Counted from the first letter of the stretch, positions 18,593 to 30,048 are shown. The stretch: DNA of 64,000 bases from Candidatus Poribacteria bacterium (GCA_963663765.2 CAXXUA010000005.1:32001-96000); one strand, 5' to 3'. Program-made: numbers and translations. The notes: generated from the sequence alone by a model not told the origin.

Positions 18593-19168
18593 ATGGCGTC
18601 TGCAGCTGCAAAAATTCTCCTAACACCAGATGAATATCTTATTATGGAACGAGAAGCGGAATTCAAAAGTGAATACCGTAACGGGCGAATAGTTGCACTG
18701 CCTGGAGCAAGTCGTCAACATAACCTTATCTCTGGCAATATATTTGGCGAGATATACTTGCAATTATTAAATAGAACATGTGAAGTTTATACAAACGATA
18801 TGCGTGTGAAGGTAAGTGGTACGGGATTATACACGTATCCAGATGTTGTCGTAGTGTGTGATGAACCGCAGTTTGAGGACAATCACGTTGATACGCTTCT
18901 CAATCCAACTGTCATTGTAGAGGTGCTTTCCCCATCAACTGAGACTTATGATAGGAATGACAAGTTTTTATCCTATCAAACCCTTGAATCTCTTCAGGAA
19001 TACATACTCGTATCGCAAAAGAGGGTGGGTGTTGAACAGTATGTACGACAAAACGGAACGTGGATTCTGAGAGAGTTTCATTCGCTTGAAGATGTGCTTC
19101 AACTTGCGTCAATAGCCTGTAAGTTAGCATTGCGTGCAATTTATGCAAAAGTCAAATTTTTGAGGTAG
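18593..19168 (+). CDS. Uma2 family endonuclease-like protein (copy 1)
   Basis: SEYRNG, HN, YPDVVVVC, VEVLSPST, LQEYILV. Confidence 0.92.
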   Translation: MASAAAKILLTPDEYLIMEREAEFKSEYRNGRIVALPGASRQHNLISGNIFGEIYLQLLNRTCEVYTNDMRVKVSGTGLYTYPDVVVVCDEPQFEDNHVDTLLNPTVIVEVLSPSTETYDRNDKFLSYQTLESLQEYILVSQKRVGVEQYVRQNGTWILREFHSLEDVLQLASIACKLALRAIYAKVKFLR

Positions 19169-19174
19169 CGGAAA

Positions 19175-19432
19175 ATGAAGGAAAATCAGCTAAAAATGTG
19201 GCTATCCCTTCCAAATACTCCGGGGGTGTATCTTATGAAAGCCTCCGACGGTTCCCCTATCTTTATCGGGAAAACGGTGAACCTACGGAGTCGAGTCCGT
19301 TCCTATTTCCAGCTGAGTGGTCACTCCGAAAACCCAGTGACTGCACAGATGATGCGGTATGTAACAGAAGTAGATTATATTATCACAAGTACCGAAATCG
19401 AAGTACTTATATTGGAAAACAATCTATTATGA
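19175..19432 (+). pseudogene. Truncated uvrC duplicate (GIY-YIG domain only)
   Basis: Highly similar to 20041-20290; stops after ENNL; YIGKA changed to FIGKT. Confidence 0.85.
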
Positions 19433-19458
19433 AAAACGCAAGAATGTAAGGTGACATA

Positions 19459-20034
19459 ATGGCTACTGCTACTGCAAAAATCCTACTAACCCCTGAAGAC
19501 TATCTTATTATGGAACGAGAAGCGGAATTCAAAAGCGAATACCGTAACGGGCAAATAGTTGCAATGCCTGGAGCAAGTCGTCAACATAACCTGATTTCGG
19601 TTAATATCTCCAGTAGACTTCACCTGCAGTTGTTAGATAGAGGGTGTGAAGTATATGCTAACGATATGCGCGTAAAGGTAAGTGGCACAGGATTATACAC
19701 GTATCCAGATGTTGTCGTTGTGTGTGATGAACCGCAGTTTGAGGACAATCACGTTGATACGCTTCTCAATCCAACTGTCATTGTAGAGGTGCTTTCCCCA
19801 TCAACTGAGACTTATGATAGGAATGACAAGTTTTTATCCTATCAAACCCTTGAATCTCTTCAGGAATACATACTCGTATCGCAAAAATGTGTGGGTGTTG
19901 AACAGTTTGTACGACAAAGCGGACCGTGGATTCTGAGAGAGTTTCATTCGCTTGAAGATGTGCTTCAGCTTGCGTCAATAGAGTGTTCGTTAGCAATACA
20001 AGCAATATATGCTAAAGTCAAATTTTTGAGGTAG
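19459..20034 (+). CDS. Uma2 family endonuclease-like protein (copy 2)
   Basis: Paralog of 18593-19168, offset 866 bp. Confidence 0.92.
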   Translation: MATATAKILLTPEDYLIMEREAEFKSEYRNGQIVAMPGASRQHNLISVNISSRLHLQLLDRGCEVYANDMRVKVSGTGLYTYPDVVVVCDEPQFEDNHVDTLLNPTVIVEVLSPSTETYDRNDKFLSYQTLESLQEYILVSQKCVGVEQFVRQSGPWILREFHSLEDVLQLASIECSLAIQAIYAKVKFLR

Positions 20035-20040
20035 CGGAAA

Positions 20041-21912
20041 ATGAAGGAAAATCAGCCAAAAATGTGGCAATCCCTTCCAAACGCACCGGGGGTATATCTT
20101 ATGAAAGCCTCTGACGGTTCCCCTATCTATATCGGGAAAGCGGTAAACCTAAGAAATAGGGTGCGTTCCTATTTCCAGCTGAGCGGTCACTCCGAAAACC
20201 CACTGACTGCACAGATGATGCGGTATGTAACAGAGGTAGATTATATTGTCACAAGCACTGAAATAGAAGCACTGATTCTGGAAAATAATCTCATCAAGGC
20301 GCATCAACCACGTTATAATGTCAAACTCAAAGACGATAAACGCTACCCTTTCTTACGAGTAACTACGAATGAGCCGTATCCGCGCATTATGATTACTCGC
20401 AAAACAGATAGTGATGGTACGCGCTATTTTGGTCCCTTTGTACGGGTTCGTTCCACAAGACAAGTACTCAAACAGTTGACTAAATTGTTTCCTATCCGCA
20501 CATGCACACTACCACTAAAGGAAGCAAACAATAAATACCGTGCTTGCCTTGATTATCACATCGGACGGTGTCCTGCACCATGTGCTAATAAAATTGATGT
20601 GCAAGATTACAAGAAGATCGTTAGAAAAATATGTCAGTTCCTTGGTGGGAATACAAACGCTGTCGTCCGAGACCTGAAACACCAAATGGAAGCTGCTGCA
20701 AAATCACTGGACTTTGAAACTGCTGCCAGATATCGAGATATGTTGAACGACGTACAGCAAGCTATCACGACACAGCAAAGTCTTGATAAAGTTGCAACAG
20801 TGGATGAAGATGTCATTGGTATTGCGACTGCATTTCAAAACGATCTGCAGTCAAAACTCGGAGATGTCGCTTGTGTGCAGGTGTTACACATACGGGATGG
20901 AAAGCTACTGGAACGTGAACATTATTATCTAAACGATGTACACCCCGACTTAATTCCGACTGCTGTAAGTGCGTTTGTCTCTCAATACTATCAAAATGCT
21001 GTCTTAGTCCCAAAAACTATTGTGCTACCCATGCAAGTAGAATCGGTGGAATTGATTGAAAAATGGCTTAGCGAAAAACGAGGAAATCACGTCTCACTAC
21101 ATGTTCCAAGGGCAGGCAGACTCAGGCAACTGCAAACTTTAGCGACAAAAAACGCTGAAGTGTTACTAATACAACGGGAACAAAGTGTCGTGTTGAGTAG
21201 CGATGTGGACCCCGCACTTGTTGAATTACAGGAATTACTTGAGATAAACCATCCACTTAGACGGATTGAAGCCTACGACATTTCAAATCTTGGAGATAGC
21301 TATGCTGTGGGTTCTATGGTTGTTCTGGAAGATGGCAAACCTACATCAAGTGAGTATCGTCAGTTTCGGATACGCGACGTTGTCGGTCAAAACGACTTTG
21401 CAATGATGCAGGAGGTAATTACACGGCGTTTCCGACGTGCTGTAACCGGTGACATTAAATTCAGTAAATTACCAGACTTGATGCTAATTGATGGTGGAAA
21501 AGGACAGTTGAGTGCTGCACAAGAAGCCCTGGATCATTTTGCTGAAGCAAAACTGGATCCTGTACCAACGCAAATTCCAATTATCGCATTGGCAAAACGG
21601 ATTGAGGAGATATTTGTTCCGGGAAAACCTGAGCCAATCGTGCTCCGAGAAGATAACCCTACCTTGCATCTAATACAACGGCTGCGAGATGAAGCACATC
21701 GGTTCGCTATTACATACCACCGAAAACTACGGCAGAAAGCTCTGAGTGTGTCCGTACTTGACGAAATTCCAAACATTGGTCCGAAGCGTAAACAGGCTTT
21801 ACTGCAACAATTTGGTTCTATAGATGCAATTCGGCAAGCAAGTTTAGACGAACTTTTATCCGTAAAAGGAATTCCACGCAACGTTGCTGAGAACATACAC
21901 AAGAATCTGTAA
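20041..21912 (+). CDS. uvrC: Excinuclease ABC subunit C
   Basis: GVY...YIGKA, Cys cluster, UVR domain, YDISN, LIDGGKGQ, RDEAHRFA, HhH. Confidence 0.97.
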   Translation: MKENQPKMWQSLPNAPGVYLMKASDGSPIYIGKAVNLRNRVRSYFQLSGHSENPLTAQMMRYVTEVDYIVTSTEIEALILENNLIKAHQPRYNVKLKDDKRYPFLRVTTNEPYPRIMITRKTDSDGTRYFGPFVRVRSTRQVLKQLTKLFPIRTCTLPLKEANNKYRACLDYHIGRCPAPCANKIDVQDYKKIVRKICQFLGGNTNAVVRDLKHQMEAAAKSLDFETAARYRDMLNDVQQAITTQQSLDKVATVDEDVIGIATAFQNDLQSKLGDVACVQVLHIRDGKLLEREHYYLNDVHPDLIPTAVSAFVSQYYQNAVLVPKTIVLPMQVESVELIEKWLSEKRGNHVSLHVPRAGRLRQLQTLATKNAEVLLIQREQSVVLSSDVDPALVELQELLEINHPLRRIEAYDISNLGDSYAVGSMVVLEDGKPTSSEYRQFRIRDVVGQNDFAMMQEVITRRFRRAVTGDIKFSKLPDLMLIDGGKGQLSAAQEALDHFAEAKLDPVPTQIPIIALAKRIEEIFVPGKPEPIVLREDNPTLHLIQRLRDEAHRFAITYHRKLRQKALSVSVLDEIPNIGPKRKQALLQQFGSIDAIRQASLDELLSVKGIPRNVAENIHKNL

Positions 21913-22116
21913 AATATAACTATATTACACACCCTAACTTAATCTGATATGCTGCCCCCTTTTGTACTTTCCATTCTGTTTATGCACCATATCGTGCAAC
22001 TGTTGTGAACACTAACCTGAGATTACAAGTAACCTTTGCTTTGTTGTAATGGCACATTCTTTGCTAATACAAATATAACATTGCCCATTCAGATAGATTA
22101 AAACGAAAGCTAATAA

Positions 22117-24738
22117 ATGATAGAAAGATATACAAGAATCTTCGGAATACTCCTTATACTTCTGTGTGTTGCCTTTCTGCATGTGAAACTCTATCGTTTC
22201 TCGGCAGTGACAAATGTTGGCAACTTACAAACTCTGGTATGTTTAGGACAGGTGACAGAGATTGATACCAGTGAAGATGTAGATCAAATTCTTAGCTTCC
22301 TGATTCTCTCAGGAAAATTCCGCGGAGAATCAGTCAAATATAAAAATAACTGGATCGGACGTGCGTTCGGCGACCGTATCATAAGCAAGGGGCAAGTACT
22401 ATTCCTTGAGATTCAGATGCGTGATCCTTCAAATCCATCAATTGACAGGGTCTCAATGGGTGAATACTTTCGCACTCCCTTCCTGCTTTATCTTGCCGGG
22501 GCATTAGGGATTCTCATGATACTCGTTGCTGGTATGAAAGGTGTTCGCGCAATTCTGACCCTATTTGTTACCGCACTTTCTGTTATTTTTATTCTCGTAC
22601 CGCTTACCCTCAAAGGCTTCAACCCAATAGCAGTTGCATTGCTGATTGCCACATTCCTAACAATAACAACCTTCCTACTCATTACTGGCTTCAGTTACAA
22701 AGTTATCTCTGGTGTTCTGGGAACACTCGGTGGTTTAACAGCAGTTGGTATCTTATCTATTCTGAGTCAACGTCTAATGGCATTGACAGGATTAGCAACA
22801 GAATTTGGGTTTCTGGAACTCGGTCTTGCACTGTGGCGCACACCGGAGACACATCATTGGAATTTCGCAGGAATCCTGTCTGCTGGCATCATATTGGGGG
22901 CAGTCGGTGCAATGATGGACGTCAGTATGTCAATCTCCTCAAGTGTACACGAGGTTAAGCAAGTCAATCCTAATATCAGTGTCCGACAATCCATCCGTGC
23001 AGGTTTGAATGTCGGTCGGGACATCATGGGAACAATGGCAGATACGCTTATCTTCGCTTATCTCGGTGCACACATGATCACAATGATACTGCCACGTATT
23101 GAGTTTCCTGAAGCAGGTGTGTTGTATCCATTCCTCCGTATCGTCAACGAAGAAACGACAGCAGTTGCTATTGTTCAGGCAGTTGTAGGCACTATAGGAT
23201 TAGTACTCACCGTACCCATTGCTGCAACAATCGCGGGATTTCTCACAAAATATACCCAGGTACGAAGAACAGCTATTCACGAAAACTTGCCTACAAAAGA
23301 AGAATTAGAAAAAGTATTCGGGAGTGAAGCTGACCATAGTGGTTATCGCATTTTCTCCAGTAGGAATGCAGTACCCATCGCAATGCTGATGGTTTTGATA
23401 GGAACAGTCTTTGTTTTCTATAATATACGCGGACAATCCGCAACAATTTCAGAATATCGTAATGAAAATGGACAACTCATTTCAAAACAGGAATATGTAA
23501 AAGGCAAAGTAATTCGCTTGCTTGAATCAAATGGTGATTTTCTTTTTACAATAGATGACTCTATCAAAACAGATTTGGACAAGAAAAGACTACCAACGAC
23601 CTTAAGAAATGCGTTTGCGAAAAACAATATTTCTCTATCCTATGATGTCAATGTTTCAATAAAACCATGGAAAGATAGCCGTTGGTTAATCACAGATGTA
23701 GAATACGAACAGACATTCAGCATACGCACCGCACAAGATGGAACAAACACCCTTAATGTATATGATTCCGAAACTGAACACCATATACTTGAGGTAAAAA
23801 TGCTTGGGGGCATGTATAAAGGTAAACACTTAGTTTTACGCAATATCGTCAATCATAGCATGCCGTTGTTGAGTATTCCAGCTGAACCCGGTGATATTGT
23901 CCTATGCAAAGTTGGGGGAGATTCAGAGAAAATTAGTATAGTCAATATCGTGCAAGAATATTCGCGAGATAAATTCCTTATCTGGTTTGTTGGTGGGATG
24001 TTTCTGCTGATCATCCTTGTTGGGAGAAGTGAGGGAATACGTACTGTTTGCGCAATGATGATTTCTGGTGCAGTGATATATTTTTTCATGCTACCTCTCA
24101 TTACGCAAGGTATGAACGCGGTTATCGTTGTAACATTGACTTCGGGTGTAGTTGCGTTTGTCTCTTTAGTCTTCGTCATAGGACCCAGTCGGAAGACATT
24201 TGCTGCTGTGTTGGGGACAATGGGCGGTATTCTTGTTGCTGGCTTGATAGTACTGTTTGCACAGAAGCAGCTGCATTTCAACGGTTTAGAGGATGCAATG
24301 GCCGCAGATATTGTTGAAGCAACGCGAACACAGACATTTGATTTTGTGCAACTTCTGTTAGCAGGTATGTTGATGGGTGTGTTGGGTGTAGCAGTTGATG
24401 GAGCAATTGAAGTGGCATCCAGTATGGAGGAGATACGTCGTGCAAATCCAAATATGCCAACATTGCGGTTGATTGCGTCTGGACTCAATGTTGGAACTGA
24501 TATCCTCGGTACTATGGTGAATACCTTGGTGTTCGCTTATCTTGGGGTGGACTTGTTGCTCGTTATAACGATTGTCGCACCAAATAGTGAACTGTTTAAA
24601 GAACCTGCTGTGCAGTTACTGAGCGTAGGAGTCGTGTCTGCGGAGATTGTGCGGCTACTTGCAGGGACACTCGGTTTAGTGTTAGCAATTCCGATCACTG
24701 CGGTCATTTGTGCCTTTTGGAATCCCAAGAAAGTGTAG
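22117..24738 (+). CDS. Tandem YibE/F-family membrane protein
   Basis: Two repeats of GAxxDxxxxIxS...GLNVGxDIxGTMxxTLxFAYLG. Confidence 0.88.
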   Translation: MIERYTRIFGILLILLCVAFLHVKLYRFSAVTNVGNLQTLVCLGQVTEIDTSEDVDQILSFLILSGKFRGESVKYKNNWIGRAFGDRIISKGQVLFLEIQMRDPSNPSIDRVSMGEYFRTPFLLYLAGALGILMILVAGMKGVRAILTLFVTALSVIFILVPLTLKGFNPIAVALLIATFLTITTFLLITGFSYKVISGVLGTLGGLTAVGILSILSQRLMALTGLATEFGFLELGLALWRTPETHHWNFAGILSAGIILGAVGAMMDVSMSISSSVHEVKQVNPNISVRQSIRAGLNVGRDIMGTMADTLIFAYLGAHMITMILPRIEFPEAGVLYPFLRIVNEETTAVAIVQAVVGTIGLVLTVPIAATIAGFLTKYTQVRRTAIHENLPTKEELEKVFGSEADHSGYRIFSSRNAVPIAMLMVLIGTVFVFYNIRGQSATISEYRNENGQLISKQEYVKGKVIRLLESNGDFLFTIDDSIKTDLDKKRLPTTLRNAFAKNNISLSYDVNVSIKPWKDSRWLITDVEYEQTFSIRTAQDGTNTLNVYDSETEHHILEVKMLGGMYKGKHLVLRNIVNHSMPLLSIPAEPGDIVLCKVGGDSEKISIVNIVQEYSRDKFLIWFVGGMFLLIILVGRSEGIRTVCAMMISGAVIYFFMLPLITQGMNAVIVVTLTSGVVAFVSLVFVIGPSRKTFAAVLGTMGGILVAGLIVLFAQKQLHFNGLEDAMAADIVEATRTQTFDFVQLLLAGMLMGVLGVAVDGAIEVASSMEEIRRANPNMPTLRLIASGLNVGTDILGTMVNTLVFAYLGVDLLLVITIVAPNSELFKEPAVQLLSVGVVSAEIVRLLAGTLGLVLAIPITAVICAFWNPKKV

Positions 24739-24917
24739 GGTCAATAACTATCGATCTGACATTTCTCAATAACACTACAAATCCACTAACAATCACTACA
24801 AAAAAGGTATAATCTCATGAAAATGCGATTTGTTTGAAGAATTAACTTGATTAATAATGCCTGAATACCCCTCCAAATAAAAAATACTAAATTTGATTAT
24901 ACTTAGGAGGACATCTC

Positions 24918-25190
24918 ATGCATCATCAGATTATCAAATCTGTAAAGTTTTTTCAACATCTTCTTTTTTCTCGTTTTCGCCGTATTCGTTCACAAATCGT
25001 TGACACATTACTATTGTTATCCGTTTGTCATCTTTATGGTCTGTATAATCTGAATCAAGTTGCGGATACGTTAGCACGTCCCAAAGCTGGACTTTATCGG
25101 AATCTTCATGCAATGAGCTGGCTTCACTGGTAATGCTTGAATGTGCGGCTCGGATGCCCTATGGCAATTGTGCTCAGTCAACATCTGTTT
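24918..25190 (+). pseudogene. Probable transposase N-terminal fragment
   Basis: RBS AGGAGG; HTH-like LNQVADTLARPKAGLYRNL; in-frame stop; adjacent to another IS fragment. Confidence 0.35.
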
Positions 25191-25256
25191 GATTGTTTTT
25201 CATGAAAATGGTATCATTAGACTCAAGATAATTGTTCAAATAACTTGGAGTCTCTT

Positions 25257-25600
25257 ATGTCAGCAAAACAATTTAGAGTATTTCTTGATCATGATCAACG
25301 AGATTACCTCATTGATTTCATTTCTTCTGGTATTGAATCTGCACGAAAACTTACGCGTGCAAGGATCTTATTGAAAGCCAACGAAGGCGAGTGTGGACCT
25401 GCTTATGACGATAATCAGATATAAGAAGCTCTTGACGTTTCAAAACCTAATATTGAGAGAAAACGTAATACCTTTGTGCTTGAAGGACTTACTGCCGCAC
25501 TGACCCATAAAAAGCGGACTGACACACCAAGCAAAAAGTTTGATGGAGAAAAAAGCACATCTTATCGCTTTAGTTTGCTCAGACCCATCTGAGGGTTACG
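25257..25600 (+). pseudogene. IS630-family transposase N-terminal pseudogene
   Basis: SARKLTRARILLKANEG...I*EALDVS...FVLEGL...KKFDGE, then a frameshift to AHLIALVCSDPSEGY. Confidence 0.8.
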
Positions 25601-25670
25601 GTACATCCTGCTTAAATCTATATTTTATGAAAAACCCTCCTAAGAATCAATACAAAACATAGGTTATATT

Positions 25671-27998
25671 ATGAATAATACTCACACGAATATAGGTCTA
25701 TTTGTCGCATCTCTTGGTGTTCTCTTTCTCAGTTTTTGTCTATTCTCACTATGCTATGCACAGGATACAACGCAAGACGCAACACAGACGAATTCTTTTG
25801 AACGCAAGGTTAGAGTTGTATACTTTTTGCCTAATAACCGTACATATCGTCAGGAATTGGAAGATCGTATCAGAACACAGATCGTTTATATTCAATCGTT
25901 TTATACGAACCAAATGGCAGCACACGGATATAGTGGTATGTCTATTCGTATTGAAAGGGATACAGATGGTATTATCGTAGTGAATCGTCTTGATGGAAGA
26001 TTTCCGAGTTCATATTACAATTCGGCTTTATCTGAAAAGCAAGAAGTAGACGCAGCTTTTGATACAAAGAAAAACATTTATTTAGTGGTCAGTGATAAAA
26101 ATAAAACAACTGGGTACGGTGATAAACGCTCTAAAATCGGTGGTGCTGCTTATGTTGGTGGAAACTTTCTGAATGAAACGATGTGGAATACAGCAGCACA
26201 CGAACTTGGACATGTTTTCGGTTTACCACACGATTTCAGAGGACCACCTTTCATCATGTCATATTCTTACAAAAGGAAAAATGTTTCGATCTCTGAATGT
26301 GCTGCGAAATATCTATCTGTACACCCTTATTTCAATACAAGTATACCATTAGCAACTGGAACTAATCCAATAGTAGAAATATTGTCATCACTTGAGTTTA
26401 CATCAGATGTTGAAAGTGTACCAATAAATCTAAATATTGCGGATAATGATGGATTACACCAAATTCGATTATTTAGTACAAGTATCATCACTTGTCGTGA
26501 TTTATCTGGCACATCTGCGAAAGTAATATTTGATTATGATGGACATTCCAAAAACTTAGGCTCCGTTGGTCTCTCAGATAAAAGAGACCATTATATGCGT
26601 GTTGATGTTATTGATGTTCATGGAAATGAAACTCAAACAAGTTTCCTATTGACAAATACAAGCATACCAGAAACAACAAATCTTCCTCCCGTTTTTACGG
26701 AAGGTAAAAGCACAAGACGCTTTGTTCAAGAAAATATATCATCTGGTAGAAATATAGGTATCCCTGTTGTTGCAATAGATCCGGAAAATAATAGATTGCA
26801 ATACTCTTTGTCTGGAATCGATACTTATTCATTTAGTCTAAATAGAAATACTGGACAATTAAAAAGTCGTGCTACTCTTGATTATGATATGAAAAAGAAA
26901 TACAGGGTGACGGTAAATGTTCGTGATTTCAAAGGTGGAATCGACTCTATTGATGTCACAATAAACGTTATACCAATCGGTCAACATGTCAAACATAAAC
27001 AAATCAGTTTTAGTGAGTTAATGTATGCTTCCAGAGGCGGACCAGAGTCGATGCCACAGTGGATAGAATTGTATAACAATAGAAAAGACAAAGATATAGT
27101 CCTGACTGGATGGACACTTGAAATAGAAGCACTTGATGAAGACGGTATTCATCGCCATTATGTTGTTAGACTTGACAGTTTTACAATACCTCAACAACAG
27201 ACTGCACTTATCGTGACGTGGACAGGAAGGCAAACTGATAATATATCTACCTCACGTGTTTACAGGTTCTATGAATATCATCATTATACGATCAACACAA
27301 GAGAAAATCGCAACAAAGTCATCGGACAAGTCGGGTTTTGCTTAAAATTATATGATAGTGAAGCCACTCTCATTGACATTGTTGGTAATCTTGATGGTAA
27401 CCCCGACACAGAAGACAAACCGCAATGGGAGATACCCGCTGGCACAACAGAAAGAGACCTACGTACTTCTATTTTACGTAGGTATGAAATAGATGCCGAT
27501 GTTCCAAAAGATGGCACAGTAAAAAACAATTGGAAACGCGCAACCGATCTACTACCATTGGTAGTCAACAGTGTCTGGGGACTCGCAACCGATATCGGCA
27601 ACCCAGGGTATAAGTCAAACTTCCCTTTACCTGTATCGCTTTCACAGTTCCGTGCATATACAACAGCGGAAGGCACACTCATCACTTGGACAACCGAGTC
27701 TGAGTTGGAGAATGCAGGGTTCAATATATTACGTAGCAATACACGCAACGGTGAATACATACAGATCAATAATAAACTTGTTATTGGGGCAGGCACTACT
27801 GGCAACAAAACCCAATATACATGGACAGACACAACGACAAAACCGAATGTGGAATACTACTATCGGATAGAAGATGTATCTTTTAAAGGGGTGAAAAAGG
27901 TGTTATCAACAGCACGAATCAAGGGTTTACTGTCTGCAAAAAATAGGTTGGTAATACAATGGGGATCATTAAAATCTAAAGTATTGCCTAACCAATAA
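25671..27998 (+). CDS. Secreted metzincin-cadherin-lamin-tail protein, paralog of 262-3639 lacking LRRs
   Basis: HELGHVFGLPH; cadherin; FSELMY...QWIELYN; LPVSLSQF...QWGSLK. Confidence 0.85.
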   Translation: MNNTHTNIGLFVASLGVLFLSFCLFSLCYAQDTTQDATQTNSFERKVRVVYFLPNNRTYRQELEDRIRTQIVYIQSFYTNQMAAHGYSGMSIRIERDTDGIIVVNRLDGRFPSSYYNSALSEKQEVDAAFDTKKNIYLVVSDKNKTTGYGDKRSKIGGAAYVGGNFLNETMWNTAAHELGHVFGLPHDFRGPPFIMSYSYKRKNVSISECAAKYLSVHPYFNTSIPLATGTNPIVEILSSLEFTSDVESVPINLNIADNDGLHQIRLFSTSIITCRDLSGTSAKVIFDYDGHSKNLGSVGLSDKRDHYMRVDVIDVHGNETQTSFLLTNTSIPETTNLPPVFTEGKSTRRFVQENISSGRNIGIPVVAIDPENNRLQYSLSGIDTYSFSLNRNTGQLKSRATLDYDMKKKYRVTVNVRDFKGGIDSIDVTINVIPIGQHVKHKQISFSELMYASRGGPESMPQWIELYNNRKDKDIVLTGWTLEIEALDEDGIHRHYVVRLDSFTIPQQQTALIVTWTGRQTDNISTSRVYRFYEYHHYTINTRENRNKVIGQVGFCLKLYDSEATLIDIVGNLDGNPDTEDKPQWEIPAGTTERDLRTSILRRYEIDADVPKDGTVKNNWKRATDLLPLVVNSVWGLATDIGNPGYKSNFPLPVSLSQFRAYTTAEGTLITWTTESELENAGFNILRSNTRNGEYIQINNKLVIGAGTTGNKTQYTWTDTTTKPNVEYYYRIEDVSFKGVKKVLSTARIKGLLSAKNRLVIQWGSLKSKVLPNQ

Positions 27999-28519
27999 TT
28001 GAAAGTTGGGATCATAATGAAAATGTCAAAGATTGAACCTTTAACTCGGAACCCTGTAATCAATGCAATTGTTAAATCAACCATATGTATACTCTTAGAT
28101 CAATGATCAATTTTCACTGAAATTGTCCGAACTAATTCTACATAAAGTTGTTATTACGCTCAATAACTTTCGTATTTTTTTAATAGTGCCACATCTCATC
28201 AAAATCTAAAACAACAGTGTTTGTCTCTTGTTCGGCAGGTTGTACGTGTTAAATACCAACTTTCTAATCCTTTGCAAGTGTGTAGTCGGGGAATAAGAAT
28301 ACACATGTTAATATCGCATTCATTGATAACCCATGACAATAAAGAAAACCACTAACGCACGCAACCAAAGTGAAATTCCTCTTGGTGAGAGAAGGGTAAA
28401 CTGAAGACCGCAAGATTTACATTTATATCTTTATTATCATTTATCTATACAATTTTTGACACAGTGTGCAAGTTCATAACGATAACATGACATACAACAA
28501 ACCTCACTTTACAATATCT

Positions 28520-28672
28520 AATAATGACATTGGAGTGAATATTCTGGATTTAGTGCTTGTAGCATATGCTATTGTGGAGGCGGAAACGGATCTTAACGGT
28601 CATGTTGTTGCGAATATCCAGGACTTGGTCATTATCGCAAATGCGCTCGGGAATACAACTTCTTCTCAGTAA
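28520..28672 (+). pseudogene. Orphan dockerin-like (EF-hand pair) fragment
   Basis: GVNILDLVLVA...DLNGHVVANIQDLVIIANALG. Confidence 0.6.
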
Positions 28673-28753
28673 ATCAAAAATAAAGCTAGTCTTTGAAACC
28701 TTATCCTGCTGTACCTTACGACTTTCAAAACTCTATACACCATTTTAATAAGT

Positions 28754-28876
28754 CAGGACTTACGCAGTTTTCTTGATTTAATCATAAATTGTGACGAAAA
28801 TGATGCCATTATCAGCGTTTTTATGGGTTTCCGGCGCGCTTACAAAGCACGCCTACCGGTGTGTGCGTAAGTCCTG
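28754..28876. mobile_element. MITE family A, copy 5
   Basis: TIRs; TSD TAAGT on both sides. Confidence 0.9.
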
Positions 28877-28887
28877 TAAGTTTAGCA

Positions 28888-30048
28888 TTAACCTCTATAC
28901 AGAGTCCGCATCTGTTTGATCACTTTAGGTAATTTGGCAATCACCGTATCAATTTCTTCTTCAGTTGTGTTTCTTCCGAGTGAAAATCGCACTGTCCCTT
29001 GCGCTAATCTTGGCGGTAATCCGAGAGCTGCAAGGACATGCGACGGTTCCATAGACCCCGAAGTACAAGCTGAACCCGTTGACACACAAATTCCCTCCAT
29101 GTCTAATCGCAATATAAGACTTTCACCCTCTACCGATTCGAAAGAGATATTGAGTGTACCTGGTGCACAATATTCTGGGTGTCCATTGTAATGTAAGCGA
29201 TCAATGTGTACGTTCAATCCCTCGCGCAGCTGCGTAGTGAGTTCGTTTAGATGTTGTAAGTATGTTTCTCGCTCCTGCTTCGCTAGTTCTGCTGCAACAC
29301 CAAGACCGACAATCGCAGGCACATTTTCTGAACCTGCACGTCTATTACGTTCATGTGATCCCCCGTGTACAAGGTTTGCTAAGCGAGCACCTCTGCGGAT
29401 ATATAGAACCCCAATACCTTTTGGCGCATATATTTTATGTCCCGATAGCGTTAACAGATTCACACCGATCTCTTGTACATCTACATCCAATTTGCCAATG
29501 GATTGTACAGCATCTGTATGAACAACGATCTCTTGTTCTTGCGCAACTTGGCAAATTTCCTCAAGCGGTTGAATTGTGCCGTTCTCATTATTGACATGCA
29601 TGATGGAAATCAGTATCGTGGTCTCTTGAATGGCAGAACGGAGTTGCTCTATATCTATCCGTCCATAGCGATCTACAGGTAGGTAGGTTATTTCAAATCC
29701 ACGTTGCTCAAGATATTGGCAGGTGTGCAAGACAGCATGATGCTCTACCGATGAGGTGATGATGTGATTGCCTTCCCCACGACTTTTTTGCAGCTCAGTT
29801 ACCCCTTTTATAGCATGATTGTCTGCCTCAGTACCACTTCCAGTGAAAACAATCTCACTTGGACTTTTGGCACCAATAAGTTCTGCTACCTGTTCCCGCG
29901 CGGTATCAATTGCGTTTCGTGCTTCGCGTCCATAGGCATGTATACTTGAACCATTACCGAACGCATCGGTAAGATAGGGCATCATTGCGTCCCGAACTTC
30001 AGGTCGTAATGGTGTTGTGGCGTTGTAGTCAAGATAGATTCTTTTCAT
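28888..30048 (-). CDS. iscS: Cysteine desulfurase IscS/NifS
   Basis: YLDYNATTP, EHHAV, HTDAVQ, SGHKIY, STGSACTS. Confidence 0.93.
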   Translation of the reverse strand: MKRIYLDYNATTPLRPEVRDAMMPYLTDAFGNGSSIHAYGREARNAIDTAREQVAELIGAKSPSEIVFTGSGTEADNHAIKGVTELQKSRGEGNHIITSSVEHHAVLHTCQYLEQRGFEITYLPVDRYGRIDIEQLRSAIQETTILISIMHVNNENGTIQPLEEICQVAQEQEIVVHTDAVQSIGKLDVDVQEIGVNLLTLSGHKIYAPKGIGVLYIRRGARLANLVHGGSHERNRRAGSENVPAIVGLGVAAELAKQERETYLQHLNELTTQLREGLNVHIDRLHYNGHPEYCAPGTLNISFESVEGESLILRLDMEGICVSTGSACTSGSMEPSHVLAALGLPPRLAQGTVRFSLGRNTTEEEIDTVIAKLPKVIKQMRTLYRG

